Below are positions 9,895 to 19,462 of a stretch of DNA of 37,342 nt, one piece after another (position 1 is the first letter of the stretch; each line of letters opens with the position of its first letter). The notes beneath the pieces were generated by a model. The model was given only the letters and a program-made list of their open reading frames with translations. It was not told the origin of the DNA and made no database searches. This DNA is from a virus (Duplodnaviria; Caudoviricetes): positions 1 to 37,342 of IMG/VR virus record IMGVR_UViG_3300020045_005113; one strand, 5' to 3'. The position numbers were made by a program, and so were the translations under genes.

Positions 9895-11129
9895 AGGACA
9901 GCAGACCAAAAGAACCCAACGCGGAGTATATGGGTGTTAAATTTGAAGCACTGGAAGGCACAGACGCGCTAGGCAATCGGTTAGTAATACACGAATACCC
10001 GAACAGAAATACTCCATACGTTGAGAACATGGGGCGCAAAACAAGAAAGCTTACGCTTAAAGCTGTTTGCTCGGGTGACGATTGGGAATCAAAGCGGGAT
10101 GCAATAATAACGGCGATCGAGAACAAAAAACCAGCGACATTGATTCATCCATCGTACGGAAAGATCGAAAACATGGCGTGTGAGGAATGTAATATTTCCA
10201 CGTCGTATGTTAATGGGAAGGGTAAATGCGATATAGACTTGACATTTATTGATGCTGGTAAAGATCAATTCCCGGCGGCAAAGGTAAACACACAGGATTT
10301 AGTAAACATTAAGGCGGAAGCGTCTAAATCAATAATACAACAAGCGTTCGGGCTTGCGTATGACGTGGCAAGGTTGCCACAAACTGCCGCTGATTTTATA
10401 AGCAACCAGATCCAGAGTTTAACAGGTTACACACCTTATCAGTTTTTAAGTGGTGCTGATGCGATCCGCTCATTTCTTGCAACTGATTTTATCGGCAATG
10501 CGTTGGATATGTCCAATGGGGTAAGCAGTTATTTAGGATCGTTTAGGGTTGCGTTTTTCGATTCGCTGGATGAAGCAGGTACAAACAATAGCAATCACGG
10601 CACGTTTAACACCACTACCCCACGGCGGGCTTTAGGATTGTTGGGAATTATCAGTAAATCAGCAATTGTACATCACGAAAAAAACACAATTAAGCCGGTA
10701 ACAGAAAACAAAAAGAAACAATTGGCACAAAGTAAGCTTGTGACTGCGTTGATTGTTTCGCATTGCGCAATAGAAAAAGCGCAATGCTCAACGTACATTG
10801 AGTATGCAAACTTAACCGACGCAAAAACGGTATGGGAGGAAGTACTCACAGGATTGGACGATGCCATAAGCTATGCAGCAGATAACCAGTTAGACGTATT
10901 TTACAGGGAATTAAAAAACGTAAAATCAGCATATCAACTTGACATACAAGTTAGATCGCCGGGATTAACAATGCTGAGTTATCTAAATATAACCGTCCCG
11001 GTATCATCATTGGTGTTGGCGTACAATTTATATGAGGATGCCACAAGGGCGGATGAGATTGTTACCAGAAATAACATAGCGCACCCTGGATTTATTACAG
11101 GGCATAAAATCGAAGTATTGTCGCAATGA
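9888..11129 (+). CDS. Mu gp43/N-like DNA circularization / tube initiator protein
   Basis: GNRLVIHEYPNRNTPYVENMGR, LIHPSYG, C-terminal LVLAYNLYEDATRADEIVTRNNIAHPGF. Confidence 0.92.
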   Translation: MVEDSRPKEPNAEYMGVKFEALEGTDALGNRLVIHEYPNRNTPYVENMGRKTRKLTLKAVCSGDDWESKRDAIITAIENKKPATLIHPSYGKIENMACEECNISTSYVNGKGKCDIDLTFIDAGKDQFPAAKVNTQDLVNIKAEASKSIIQQAFGLAYDVARLPQTAADFISNQIQSLTGYTPYQFLSGADAIRSFLATDFIGNALDMSNGVSSYLGSFRVAFFDSLDEAGTNNSNHGTFNTTTPRRALGLLGIISKSAIVHHEKNTIKPVTENKKKQLAQSKLVTALIVSHCAIEKAQCSTYIEYANLTDAKTVWEEVLTGLDDAISYAADNQLDVFYRELKNVKSAYQLDIQVRSPGLTMLSYLNITVPVSSLVLAYNLYEDATRADEIVTRNNIAHPGFITGHKIEVLSQ

Positions 11130-12304
11130 AGACAGACAAGTTAATAAGCCTTAAGATTGGCGCAAATAACTATTACGGATGGGAATCGGTGGACGCTGCC
11201 CGGGCGTTGAATATTGCGAGCGGTCATTTTTCAATGTCTGTCAGTAACCTTGCTATGGATTTGACAGAGATCCGGCCAGGTGTTGAGTGTTCCGTTTGGT
11301 ATGGTGACAATGTTGTAATGACCTGCTTAATTGATGAAGTGAGCGTTGATTATGACGCACATAGCCACAAGGTTACGGTGAGCGGTAGAAGCAAAACTAA
11401 AGATCTAATTGATTGCAGCGCACTAACAACCGGCTCATTTAAGTCTGACATATCACCTTTAGAAATAGCCGAAAAACTGGCCGGTGATTATAATATCCCG
11501 GTTAAGGCCTATAACCTGGATTGGATCAAGAAATTCAACGGTAAATTTACAGTAGAACCCAATGGGGAGACTGTTTTTAGTGCGTTGGAAAAGCTTGCCG
11601 AACTCGAACAATTTTCGATAACTGACAATGAAAAAGGCGAACTTGTTTTATTCAGGATAGATAAGAAAACAGCGAAGGATTCCGGTAATACAATTAGGCA
11701 TGTGTTGGCAGACGATGAGACAAACAACGTTTTGCACGGGGCGTATTCGCAAAAGGAAAACGATACTTACAGAACTATTGAAGTGCGCGGGCAATCAAAG
11801 GGCAATGATCAGGTGTTTGGTAAACAAGTGTCTAATAACTCAGCACGGCACGTTAACAAAAATGTAACCAGAAACCGGACATTGATAATCCAGTCACAAG
11901 CCGAAGTGACAAAAGACGAAATGCAAAATTTGGCAAACTGGGAGCAAGCGCACCGGATCGGACAGGCTGAAACATGGTCATATAAATTGCAAGGCTGGCG
12001 TGGTGAAAACTCACTTTGGCGACCAGGTGAAATGGTAACCGTGTTGGATGATTTTCTTTTTTCGGGGGAATCACAACTGTTAATCGAGGAGGTGGCTTAT
12101 TCAGTCAGCAACAACGATGGAACATTAGTTAACCTTAAGTTGGTTAATTTCGACGCATACGCATATAAACCGATCACAGAGACGGATTCCAAAGTTGATA
12201 CGAGTGCAAGGCAACGGCGCAAGGTTAAGCTAAAACGCAAAGGCCAATTAAACAAACAGGATGATGATATAATATTAGCCTTACCTGACGAGGTTAAAGA
12301 ATGA
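11126..12304 (+). CDS. Baseplate hub protein (Mu gp44/P-like)
   Basis: YYGWESV, VSGRSKTKDLIDCS, GETVF, GWR...LWRPG. Confidence 0.92.
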   Translation: MKTDKLISLKIGANNYYGWESVDAARALNIASGHFSMSVSNLAMDLTEIRPGVECSVWYGDNVVMTCLIDEVSVDYDAHSHKVTVSGRSKTKDLIDCSALTTGSFKSDISPLEIAEKLAGDYNIPVKAYNLDWIKKFNGKFTVEPNGETVFSALEKLAELEQFSITDNEKGELVLFRIDKKTAKDSGNTIRHVLADDETNNVLHGAYSQKENDTYRTIEVRGQSKGNDQVFGKQVSNNSARHVNKNVTRNRTLIIQSQAEVTKDEMQNLANWEQAHRIGQAETWSYKLQGWRGENSLWRPGEMVTVLDDFLFSGESQLLIEEVAYSVSNNDGTLVNLKLVNFDAYAYKPITETDSKVDTSARQRRKVKLKRKGQLNKQDDDIILALPDEVKE

Positions 12305-12807
12305 CAATAAGAAAAGGTGTCATTGAAACCACGCTGGACACCGGAAAAATGCAGACTGTTTCCGTTAGCGGTTTGGCGGGGGAGTCGCACGATGGGGTAG
12401 AGGTTTACCAACAATTCGGCTTTACATCAAACCAACCTCAAATAAACGACGATGGTAAAGGAGCTGAATGTATCCTAGCCAGGGCGCAAGGAGTGACTGT
12501 TGTAGTGGCAATGGATGATCGGCGGCATAGGCCAATAGACACGCCACAAGGAGGTGTGACGGTTTATAGTTCCAACCCTGCCCAACGCATAACTATTGAT
12601 CCAGAAACAGGCATAAAGTTAAAAACAGGTGCGTTTTTTATCGAATTGCTTAATGATGGCACTGTAAACATAAATGCAGCAACAGTAAATATTACAGCTG
12701 ACGTTAGTTTTACGGGCAATCTTACCAGCAATGGTAAAAATATCAGTGACACTCACACGCACAAAAACGTACAAGCTGGTAGCGGTAACAGCGGCGGCGT
12801 TAACTAA
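12301..12807 (+). CDS. Baseplate spike (Mu gp45-like)
   Basis: VEVYQQFGFTS, DDRRHRP, C-terminal metal-binding HTH tip (ISDTHTHKNVQAG). Confidence 0.92.
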   Translation: MTIRKGVIETTLDTGKMQTVSVSGLAGESHDGVEVYQQFGFTSNQPQINDDGKGAECILARAQGVTVVVAMDDRRHRPIDTPQGGVTVYSSNPAQRITIDPETGIKLKTGAFFIELLNDGTVNINAATVNITADVSFTGNLTSNGKNISDTHTHKNVQAGSGNSGGVN

Positions 12808-13457
12808 TGCTTATCGAATTGCGAGGGATAAAGGAACTCGGGAATTTGTGTTCAGGATTCAGAAAACAGCTACCGTTTGCAACGGCCAACGCTTTGAATG
12901 AGGTAGGGTTTGGTGTTATGCGAGGGTTAAAATCAAGCTTGAGCGGCGATCTTGATGTATTGCGTAACAGCTTTACGGCGCGTAGCATACAGGTTGATAA
13001 AGCAAACAAGGGTAATCTGAAAGCGGAGGTAGGGTTCGAGTCAAAAGCTTATTACATGAGTAAGCTAAACGACAAGGAAACACGCCACCCAACGAAATCA
13101 AAATATCTGGCTATACCGACAACCTACGCACGGCGCGGGAACACTATAAAAGGGTTGCTTAAATCACCAATGCGGTTAGGTGTTATAAAATTCCATATAA
13201 AATCATCAAAATATTTCATCCTGCCAATGAAAAACGGGCATAAAGGTATATTTGTTAGGGTTAGTAAGGGCGGGTTGCGTCGAAAGCGTGAGCGAACAAC
13301 AAGCAAATCGCAGCTTGTTTTGGTCTATACTTTAGTAAAGCAAGCAAGTTATAATAAGCGGGACTATTATAACTTTGAACTGAAAGTTATGCGTGAAGCA
13401 AAAGCAATTAACTTTCAACAACTGATGATGAAACACTTACTAAAGGCCGTTAGATAA
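12807..13457 (+). CDS. Basic tail completion / neck protein (lambda gpZ / HK97 gp10-like, putative)
   Basis: Highly basic 216 aa; KQLPFATANALNEVG start, YLAIP motif. Confidence 0.55.
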   Translation: MLIELRGIKELGNLCSGFRKQLPFATANALNEVGFGVMRGLKSSLSGDLDVLRNSFTARSIQVDKANKGNLKAEVGFESKAYYMSKLNDKETRHPTKSKYLAIPTTYARRGNTIKGLLKSPMRLGVIKFHIKSSKYFILPMKNGHKGIFVRVSKGGLRRKRERTTSKSQLVLVYTLVKQASYNKRDYYNFELKVMREAKAINFQQLMMKHLLKAVR

Positions 13458-13867
13458 TGCACTTGGAATATTCTAAAACGATTGGTGGGTTTGATCTTGT
13501 ATTTGATACTGACCAAACAACAGATCAATCGCTAAAAGACGCGGTAATAATTAGCTTGTTTTGCTGGAAACGAGCCGCACCCGAAGAGGTTGTTAACGAT
13601 GAAAATTATGGTTGGTGGGCGCGGGATTTTGGATCGAAACTATGGTTGTCAAGACGCGCTAAAACAACTCCCGATTTGATAGGAAAGCTTAAAAAAACCA
13701 TTGAAGAATCCTTATCATGGATGGTTGAAGATGGAGTTGCCGACAACATAAAAGTAACGGTTGCCAAAAACCCCAGCGATCCGTCTGTGATCGGGTCTGA
13801 AATAGTGGTAAGTAAAAACAATAAAACCACGGTTGTTAGGTTTGCTAATTTGTGGGACGCTGTCTAA
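13457..13867 (+). CDS. Baseplate wedge protein, Mu gp46-like
   Basis: LKDAVIISLF, GWWA..FGSKLWLSRRAK, ESLSWMVEDGVA. Confidence 0.92.
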   Translation: MHLEYSKTIGGFDLVFDTDQTTDQSLKDAVIISLFCWKRAAPEEVVNDENYGWWARDFGSKLWLSRRAKTTPDLIGKLKKTIEESLSWMVEDGVADNIKVTVAKNPSDPSVIGSEIVVSKNNKTTVVRFANLWDAV

Positions 13868-13938
13868 TTGCTTAATTGGCCTGATCTTTATTTACAACCT
13901 ATTAATTTATGGTCATTGCCCAAAGCCAACAAAAAGCA

Positions 13939-13955
13939 AAGTTGTAAAAAGATGT
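13939..13955 (-). promoter_or_regulatory. ACAAC-N5-ACAAC box (1 mismatch, reverse orientation)
   Basis: Plus strand AAGTTGT-AAA-AAGATGT, abutting a putative -35. Confidence 0.55.
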
Positions 13956-13983
13956 TGATTAAAAACAGCAATTATGATACAGT
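13955..13983 (+). promoter_or_regulatory. Putative sigma70-like promoter upstream of baseplate J-like gene
   Basis: TTGATT, 17 nt, TACAGT with extended TG (13975-13976), in a 142-bp intergenic gap. Confidence 0.4.
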
Positions 13984-14009
13984 TGGGAATAAGTTAAAAC
14001 GGGCGAACA

Positions 14010-15083
14010 ATGAGCTACACAGGCAACGTTAAACCAACTCTAAAGGAATTATCGGAGCGCATATTTTCCGATATTAACGCACAAGTACCAAACCAAGATG
14101 CGCGGTTACGTAACACCGTGTTAAATATCATTGCCGACGCATTGATAGGGGCAGCTTATGAATTGCATGGTAGGCTAGATATAGTAGCGGATCAAACTAA
14201 TATCTTATATTGCACCGGAGATAACCTTGATATTTACGGCTCAATTTGGGGTATAAGCAGAAAGCCGCCCAGTAGATCAACAGGAACGCTCACGGCAACC
14301 GGTACAAACGGATCGGTTATCCCTGTTGATACCATATTGAATGCAAACGGATCAAAAGTCACCGTTATCGAAGAAGCGACAATTGCGAGCGGTACGGCAC
14401 AATTAAAAGTTGAATCTATTAACGTAGGTGCTGGAGAAAATAAACAACTTGGTACTATTTTTACTTTGCAATCGGCTATTGCTGGCGTTAACCCATCCGC
14501 AACGGTTGTATCCTTAACGGGTGGTTCAGACGTTGAAACAGACGAAAACTATAGAATACGGATCTTGGATCGTTTGGCACAAGCTCCGCATGGTGGTTGT
14601 GCATTGGATTATAAGCATTGGGCAATCGAAACACCGGGGGTTACTCGTGCGTGGGTCGCTAAGGGCGGTCGAGGTGTAAACAGCGTCGATGTTAGATTTA
14701 CACGTGATAATGACCCCTCCTGCCCAGGCGGAATACCTTTACCGTCACACGTTGAAACGGTACAAGCTTATATAAATGACGAATCGAGAAAACCAATAAC
14801 TGCTGACGTGTTAGTATTAGCACCAATTTCAGTACCTGTTGACATTACCGTAGATGTGTTATCACCTTACAATTCTAAGGTAACGGTGAACATCCAAAAT
14901 GAACTGGCTGATTTATTCAACACGCGGTCATTCCCTGGAAGCACTCTCCACCGATCCTGGATATGGGACGCGGTTGCAAATGCGACAGGTACAAACCACT
15001 TTGTATTAACAAGCCCAGTTACTGATTTAACATTCTTGACTGGGCAAATGCCAACACTCGGAACAGTTACCTTAAATGCGTAG
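14010..15083 (+). CDS. Baseplate J / Mu gp47-like wedge protein
   Basis: PTLKEL..RI, GGSDVETDENYRIRIL, PHGG...DYKHWAIETPGVTRAWV. Confidence 0.95.
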   Translation: MSYTGNVKPTLKELSERIFSDINAQVPNQDARLRNTVLNIIADALIGAAYELHGRLDIVADQTNILYCTGDNLDIYGSIWGISRKPPSRSTGTLTATGTNGSVIPVDTILNANGSKVTVIEEATIASGTAQLKVESINVGAGENKQLGTIFTLQSAIAGVNPSATVVSLTGGSDVETDENYRIRILDRLAQAPHGGCALDYKHWAIETPGVTRAWVAKGGRGVNSVDVRFTRDNDPSCPGGIPLPSHVETVQAYINDESRKPITADVLVLAPISVPVDITVDVLSPYNSKVTVNIQNELADLFNTRSFPGSTLHRSWIWDAVANATGTNHFVLTSPVTDLTFLTGQMPTLGTVTLNA

Positions 15084-15687
15084 TGTTGTCGATTATACAT
15101 CAGCGTTAATTGGGTTATTGCCGCCAGGTATTGTTTTTAATAATGAGCCTGGTAGCGGCACTAATAAATTGCTAACAGGTTTGGCTGATGAACTTGTTAG
15201 GATTGATTCAGCAATTGATAACCTGATTACCGAGTCAAACCCTGTAACAATGAGCGCGTTCATCGACTCGAGATACGATGAAGCAGGGTTGCCTATAAAT
15301 TGCACCGGTACGCCAGCTTCTAGCCAAACACAACGTAAACTTGAGGTGTTGGCTCAATGGCGAGCCGTGGGGGGGTGCACGGTGGAATACTTTCACGCAT
15401 TGCTCGAAACACTTGGAGTACAAGCGTACATTGAAGAATTATATACAACCTACCCTCAAGCATCATGCATTTCTACATGTGTTGATTATGTATCAAGCCC
15501 TGATTGGGAACATACTTGGCGAATTGTGTACGAAGATCAAACAGCTAAGAAATTTATAGTCGGCTCAAACCAAGCAGGGCATAAATTAGGTACGTACGGC
15601 GGAGTGCTTGACAAATTCAAATGTATAATTGAACGATTAAAACCCGCCCACACTTACGTACAGTATGTGTCGGCGTCCTCATTATAA
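15076..15687 (+). CDS. Baseplate protein, Mu gp48 / YmfQ (DUF2313)-like
   Basis: YTSALIGLLPPG, GLADELVRID, CIIERLKPAHT. Confidence 0.9.
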   Translation: MRSVVDYTSALIGLLPPGIVFNNEPGSGTNKLLTGLADELVRIDSAIDNLITESNPVTMSAFIDSRYDEAGLPINCTGTPASSQTQRKLEVLAQWRAVGGCTVEYFHALLETLGVQAYIEELYTTYPQASCISTCVDYVSSPDWEHTWRIVYEDQTAKKFIVGSNQAGHKLGTYGGVLDKFKCIIERLKPAHTYVQYVSASSL

Positions 15688-15700
15688 GGGTAATTAAATT

Positions 15701-16429
15701 ATGGAAATGCCACGCGGCACAGATTTAGAAACAACGAGACCGGCCAGGGTAACATCAGGCACTGTTGGCTATTTTCGTAATTCAAGCACGGTTGACGCTC
15801 AGGATGGGAGCGTACTAGATAACGATTTTTTAAATGACATTGTTGATGAGGTTGTTAGCCTAGTAACGACACCAACGGGCGGAAACACATCATTAAGTAC
15901 CAGCACAACACAATGGCGGGATGCAATTCTTGCTATGATCGGTCGCGCAATAAAGGGCGGTTCGTTATTCATACCCAATTTGACAAATGTTTCACCTGTT
16001 TTAAGTAATTTCACAAAGCTGGCTGGCGTTGGTGGTTTAGATGGAGCTAACAATGGTAACTTGCTTGTTGGTGCGGCGGGCACTGTAGTCACCAACCATC
16101 CAACACAAACAGTATCAATATCAGCACCAGTTACAGACGCTACCCATGTTTTAGCAAGGGTATGGTTAAATACTAATGCGGGTGGTAATTGTAACGTAGA
16201 TTTATGGGTTCGTAAAAATTCCGGGGAAGCCTGGCAGCGTAAAATGACAATTGACCCAGAAGGGGCTGGTTTTGAAGGTGAACATTGGGCTACTTTTCCG
16301 ATAGCGATAGACACATCAACAAAAACTTTTCAATATTATGTACAGTTCAATAGAACGGCTAATTCTTCCACGGGTGGTTTAACAGCCGTCTATATTGTGC
16401 AAGAAGGGCAATATATCAGCACTATTTAA
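15701..16429 (+). CDS. Tail fibre protein 1 (short)
   Basis: Mu-type baseplate anchor GYF...DFLNDIVDEV...QWRDAI; follows gp48. Confidence 0.7.
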   Translation: MEMPRGTDLETTRPARVTSGTVGYFRNSSTVDAQDGSVLDNDFLNDIVDEVVSLVTTPTGGNTSLSTSTTQWRDAILAMIGRAIKGGSLFIPNLTNVSPVLSNFTKLAGVGGLDGANNGNLLVGAAGTVVTNHPTQTVSISAPVTDATHVLARVWLNTNAGGNCNVDLWVRKNSGEAWQRKMTIDPEGAGFEGEHWATFPIAIDTSTKTFQYYVQFNRTANSSTGGLTAVYIVQEGQYISTI

Positions 16430-16440
16430 AGGATCACAAC

Positions 16441-17616
16441 ATGCAACGAATCAAAGATAATAATGCAAGTGCCACATTACCGGCTTATAGTGCCGGCGGT
16501 TCTGTTACAGGTTATTTCCAAGTTGGCGATCCTGAAAACAGCATACCGCCAACAAAATTTAATCCAGATTGGTGCAACCAAATACAAGAGGAGCAATGTT
16601 TGGCGATTGAGGAATCAGGTTTAATATTATCATCCTCCGAACTTAACCAATTGGCGCAAACTATTGGGCGGTTGAGTAAACGTAGAAATGTGCTGATTAA
16701 TGGACGCTTCCAGCTATGGGATTATGCCACAACCCAAACTACAACTGGTTATGGTAGTGCTAACCGGTGGTTGTTTACGCATACTGGGGTATCAACTAAA
16801 ACTGTTACAAGGCAAACATTCTACCCAACAGGGTCAGCATTGGCTGCTGTAACTGTTCCCAATGCCCCATCTTATTTTGTAAGGCAAGTTCTACCAGCAG
16901 TAGCGGCTGGTGCTGGTAACAGTTGTTTAATGCAGCAGAGGATTGAATATGTTAAGACATTCAACGGCACTAAAGCTACTTTAACTTTTTGGGCTAAAGC
17001 CGACGCTCCTAAAAATATAGCGGTTTCACTAGATCAGTTCTTTGGTGTAACAGGTGCATCGGCGGCGGTAAACGGGAACGGTGTTTTAGTTGCCATTACG
17101 GCATCATGGGCGAAATATAAAGTTACTTTCGATGTACCATCTATTACAGGGAAAACACTAGGCACAGATGTTAGTGATTATCTTTCTGTTAATTTTTGGC
17201 TTAGTGCTGGTTCAAACTTTAACGCCAGATCGGGAACATTGGGCGAACAGGCTGGCACATTTGAGATAGCCGAAGTACAGTTTGAATCAGGAAGCATTGC
17301 TACCGACATCGAACGTCGTCCAGAATCAGACGAACAGCGATTATCAAACCGATTTTATCAAGCTTCAACAAGTACGTTTGCATCTATTATGAGTGGTGAC
17401 GTTACAAGTGGACAAACCTATTACGCGCAATATGATTTTAAAGACACTATGAGAGCAATACCTACTATTACGCTAACAAATGTTTCCCAGATTAACTTCC
17501 CTGCTACTGTTGGTGCAACAACAGACACTATTTATGGCTTTCATGAAGGCCGTGTGGCGAACGGCACAGGTCGTGGGTTCTTTGGAAGTTCTTACACGGC
17601 TAGTGCGGAACTGTAA
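16441..17616 (+). CDS. Tail fibre protein 2 with carbohydrate-binding-like beta-sandwich
   Basis: Anchor GYFQVGDP...PDWCNQIQEE...NQLAQTI; RNVLINGRF, VQFESGSIAT, MRAIPTIT. Confidence 0.85.
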   Translation: MQRIKDNNASATLPAYSAGGSVTGYFQVGDPENSIPPTKFNPDWCNQIQEEQCLAIEESGLILSSSELNQLAQTIGRLSKRRNVLINGRFQLWDYATTQTTTGYGSANRWLFTHTGVSTKTVTRQTFYPTGSALAAVTVPNAPSYFVRQVLPAVAAGAGNSCLMQQRIEYVKTFNGTKATLTFWAKADAPKNIAVSLDQFFGVTGASAAVNGNGVLVAITASWAKYKVTFDVPSITGKTLGTDVSDYLSVNFWLSAGSNFNARSGTLGEQAGTFEIAEVQFESGSIATDIERRPESDEQRLSNRFYQASTSTFASIMSGDVTSGQTYYAQYDFKDTMRAIPTITLTNVSQINFPATVGATTDTIYGFHEGRVANGTGRGFFGSSYTASAEL

Positions 17617-17981
17617 TGGCAACAATTCGCGATTTAGAAATAGATCAAGGTTCGGATAAAACGTTAGTTTTTACTGTTTACAATAATGAAGCAACCTTAC
17701 CCAACCTTGTTAACATTTCTGGTTATACTGCTAGATTCTGGATTGCAAAAGCCCAAGGTATCCCTGCAATACTTAAGATTGATAGCACTAATGGCGTTAC
17801 CATTCAAGGGTCAGCCGGAACTATTACCGTGATGATCCAACACGCGTTAACAAGCGCTTTGAAATTCCCAGACCGGATATTCAAAGGGTGCTATCAGGTT
17901 GAACTTGTTGCACCTGACACAAGAGTATATCGAGTATGTGAGGGCGCAATAACAATAAGCAAAGAGATCATAAAACCATGA
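17616..17981 (+). CDS. Ig-like virion adaptor protein (BppU-like, putative)
   Basis: LEIDQGSD, NISGYTAR, GTITV, YQVELV..D..VYRV.EG.ITI pattern. Confidence 0.6.
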   Translation: MATIRDLEIDQGSDKTLVFTVYNNEATLPNLVNISGYTARFWIAKAQGIPAILKIDSTNGVTIQGSAGTITVMIQHALTSALKFPDRIFKGCYQVELVAPDTRVYRVCEGAITISKEIIKP

Positions 17982-18250
17982 TGAGTGATTATTTTACAGT
18001 AGAAGATGATGGGACTAAGCCTATCGAGCAGTACATAACAACGGTTAACGAAAGTATGGACGGATCAGGAGTTAACGTGCAGGTTTACAGTTATGTTAAC
18101 GACGTTACTCGACAAGTGACCAGAAATCATGGGCTAGAAAACGAATACAAAGAACCGGTGCAAAGAAGTATTGCGTATAGATCATTGCTCACTGTACCGC
18201 GTGAAGCATTGGACAAAGTAATCGACGCTTTGCAAAAATTAACAACTTGA
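17978..18250 (+). CDS. Hypothetical protein, 90 aa
   Basis: ATGA-coupled to the upstream gene and fills the gap; no recognisable motif. Confidence 0.6.
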   Translation: MMSDYFTVEDDGTKPIEQYITTVNESMDGSGVNVQVYSYVNDVTRQVTRNHGLENEYKEPVQRSIAYRSLLTVPREALDKVIDALQKLTT

Positions 18251-18258
18251 CACAACTG
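18242..18258 (+). promoter_or_regulatory. ACAAC-N5-ACAAC box
   Basis: ACAACTT-GAC-ACAACTG spanning a stop codon and running into the GAGG RBS of 18269. Confidence 0.65.
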
Positions 18259-18268
18259 AGGAAATACC

Positions 18269-18640
18269 ATGCCCGATTTAGTAACCACATCAGGAAAAGC
18301 CATAATCACTAATAGATTAAATGGCGGCGGTACAACACCATTGAATATCCAGATCGGAACAGGGGCAACAGCACCCGCCGCAGGTGATACTGCTTTGCAA
18401 ACACCACTAACCCCACGCGTCGCCGGTACTGGATCGCAAGTGACAACAACCACAACCAACGACACTTTTCGTGTTACTGGCACAGTTGGTCCTGCTGCTG
18501 GCTATGCCGGGGCGATCACCGAAGCCGCATTATTTGACAACATTACTGGTGGTAACATGCTTTGCCGGTCAACGTTCGGAGCGATTACATTAACAGCTTT
18601 GGATTCGATTGCATTTACTTTCAACGTCCAATTTACTTAA
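18269..18640 (+). CDS. Virion structural protein (tail-collar / fibre N-terminal-domain-like)
   Basis: VTTSGKA, IGTGATAP..GDTAL, ITEAALFD, MLCRSTF, DSIAFTFNVQF. Confidence 0.65.
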   Translation: MPDLVTTSGKAIITNRLNGGGTTPLNIQIGTGATAPAAGDTALQTPLTPRVAGTGSQVTTTTTNDTFRVTGTVGPAAGYAGAITEAALFDNITGGNMLCRSTFGAITLTALDSIAFTFNVQFT

Positions 18641-18649
18641 GGCTTAAGT

Positions 18650-19462
18650 ATGGCGACCACTCAAGATTCAATAATTGCCGGGTATCAGCCGCCGTTTCCG
18701 TTTCTAAAAGCGGCAACTGCCACACCGGTTGCATTTAGACCGATGACTTTGTGGGGATTGAACGGTACGACTGGCGCGGGTGTATATAACGGCACGCTTA
18801 ATGGGGTGGCTCTTGATTCAACCACTGCCCAATTGGCCGGCCAGATCCCTTTTGTTGATGTCGCCCCCTCCACATACAATTACTTGGCTAATATCACATT
18901 GGCGATGAACGTTCACGGCCAGATTATTTTTGCGGATAGGTTGTGGCACAACGGCGGAATAACCATAACCAGCACCAGCGCACAGGCAATAACGAGCCCG
19001 ACATTTCCGGCACGCGATGCAAACGGATCAACGAACGGGGAAGGGGTATTGTTAGCTGTTGAAGTTTCGGCAATCACTGGAGCAGGTACACCGACAATAA
19101 CAATCAGCTACACAAATAGCGATGGTACAGCGGGACGTACCGCCACCAACGTGCAAGCCACCACGGCAGCAAGTGTGGTGGGGTCAACATACCTTATGAG
19201 TTTACAAGCAGGTGACACGGGTGTCAGGTCGGTGCAAAGCATAACACTAAGTGCAACATGGACAAGCGGTACTATCAACATAGTTGCGTATCGACCAATA
19301 GTAAGTGTCGTTGGAATTGCAAATACTCCAGGTATCTTTGATCCATTAACCGGCGGCTTTAGTAAGATGTACAACGGGTCTGTCCCGTTTCTAATTATCG
19401 TGAACCCGGCGGCTACGGCCATTACTTCATTCTTTAACTTTCAATATAGCCAAGTAGCGTAA
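18650..19462 (+). CDS. Putative virion structural protein (Thr/Ala/Gly-rich, beta)
   Basis: 270 aa in fibre cluster; DRLWHN, ISYTNSDGT.GRT, LQAGDTGVRSVQSITLS. Confidence 0.6.
   Translation: MATTQDSIIAGYQPPFPFLKAATATPVAFRPMTLWGLNGTTGAGVYNGTLNGVALDSTTAQLAGQIPFVDVAPSTYNYLANITLAMNVHGQIIFADRLWHNGGITITSTSAQAITSPTFPARDANGSTNGEGVLLAVEVSAITGAGTPTITISYTNSDGTAGRTATNVQATTAASVVGSTYLMSLQAGDTGVRSVQSITLSATWTSGTINIVAYRPIVSVVGIANTPGIFDPLTGGFSKMYNGSVPFLIIVNPAATAITSFFNFQYSQVA

Noticed and set aside
9888-15687. Mu-like genes suggesting a transposable phage or tailocin
   Set aside because: No transposase; head, terminase and own polymerase are present; only the tail is Mu-like
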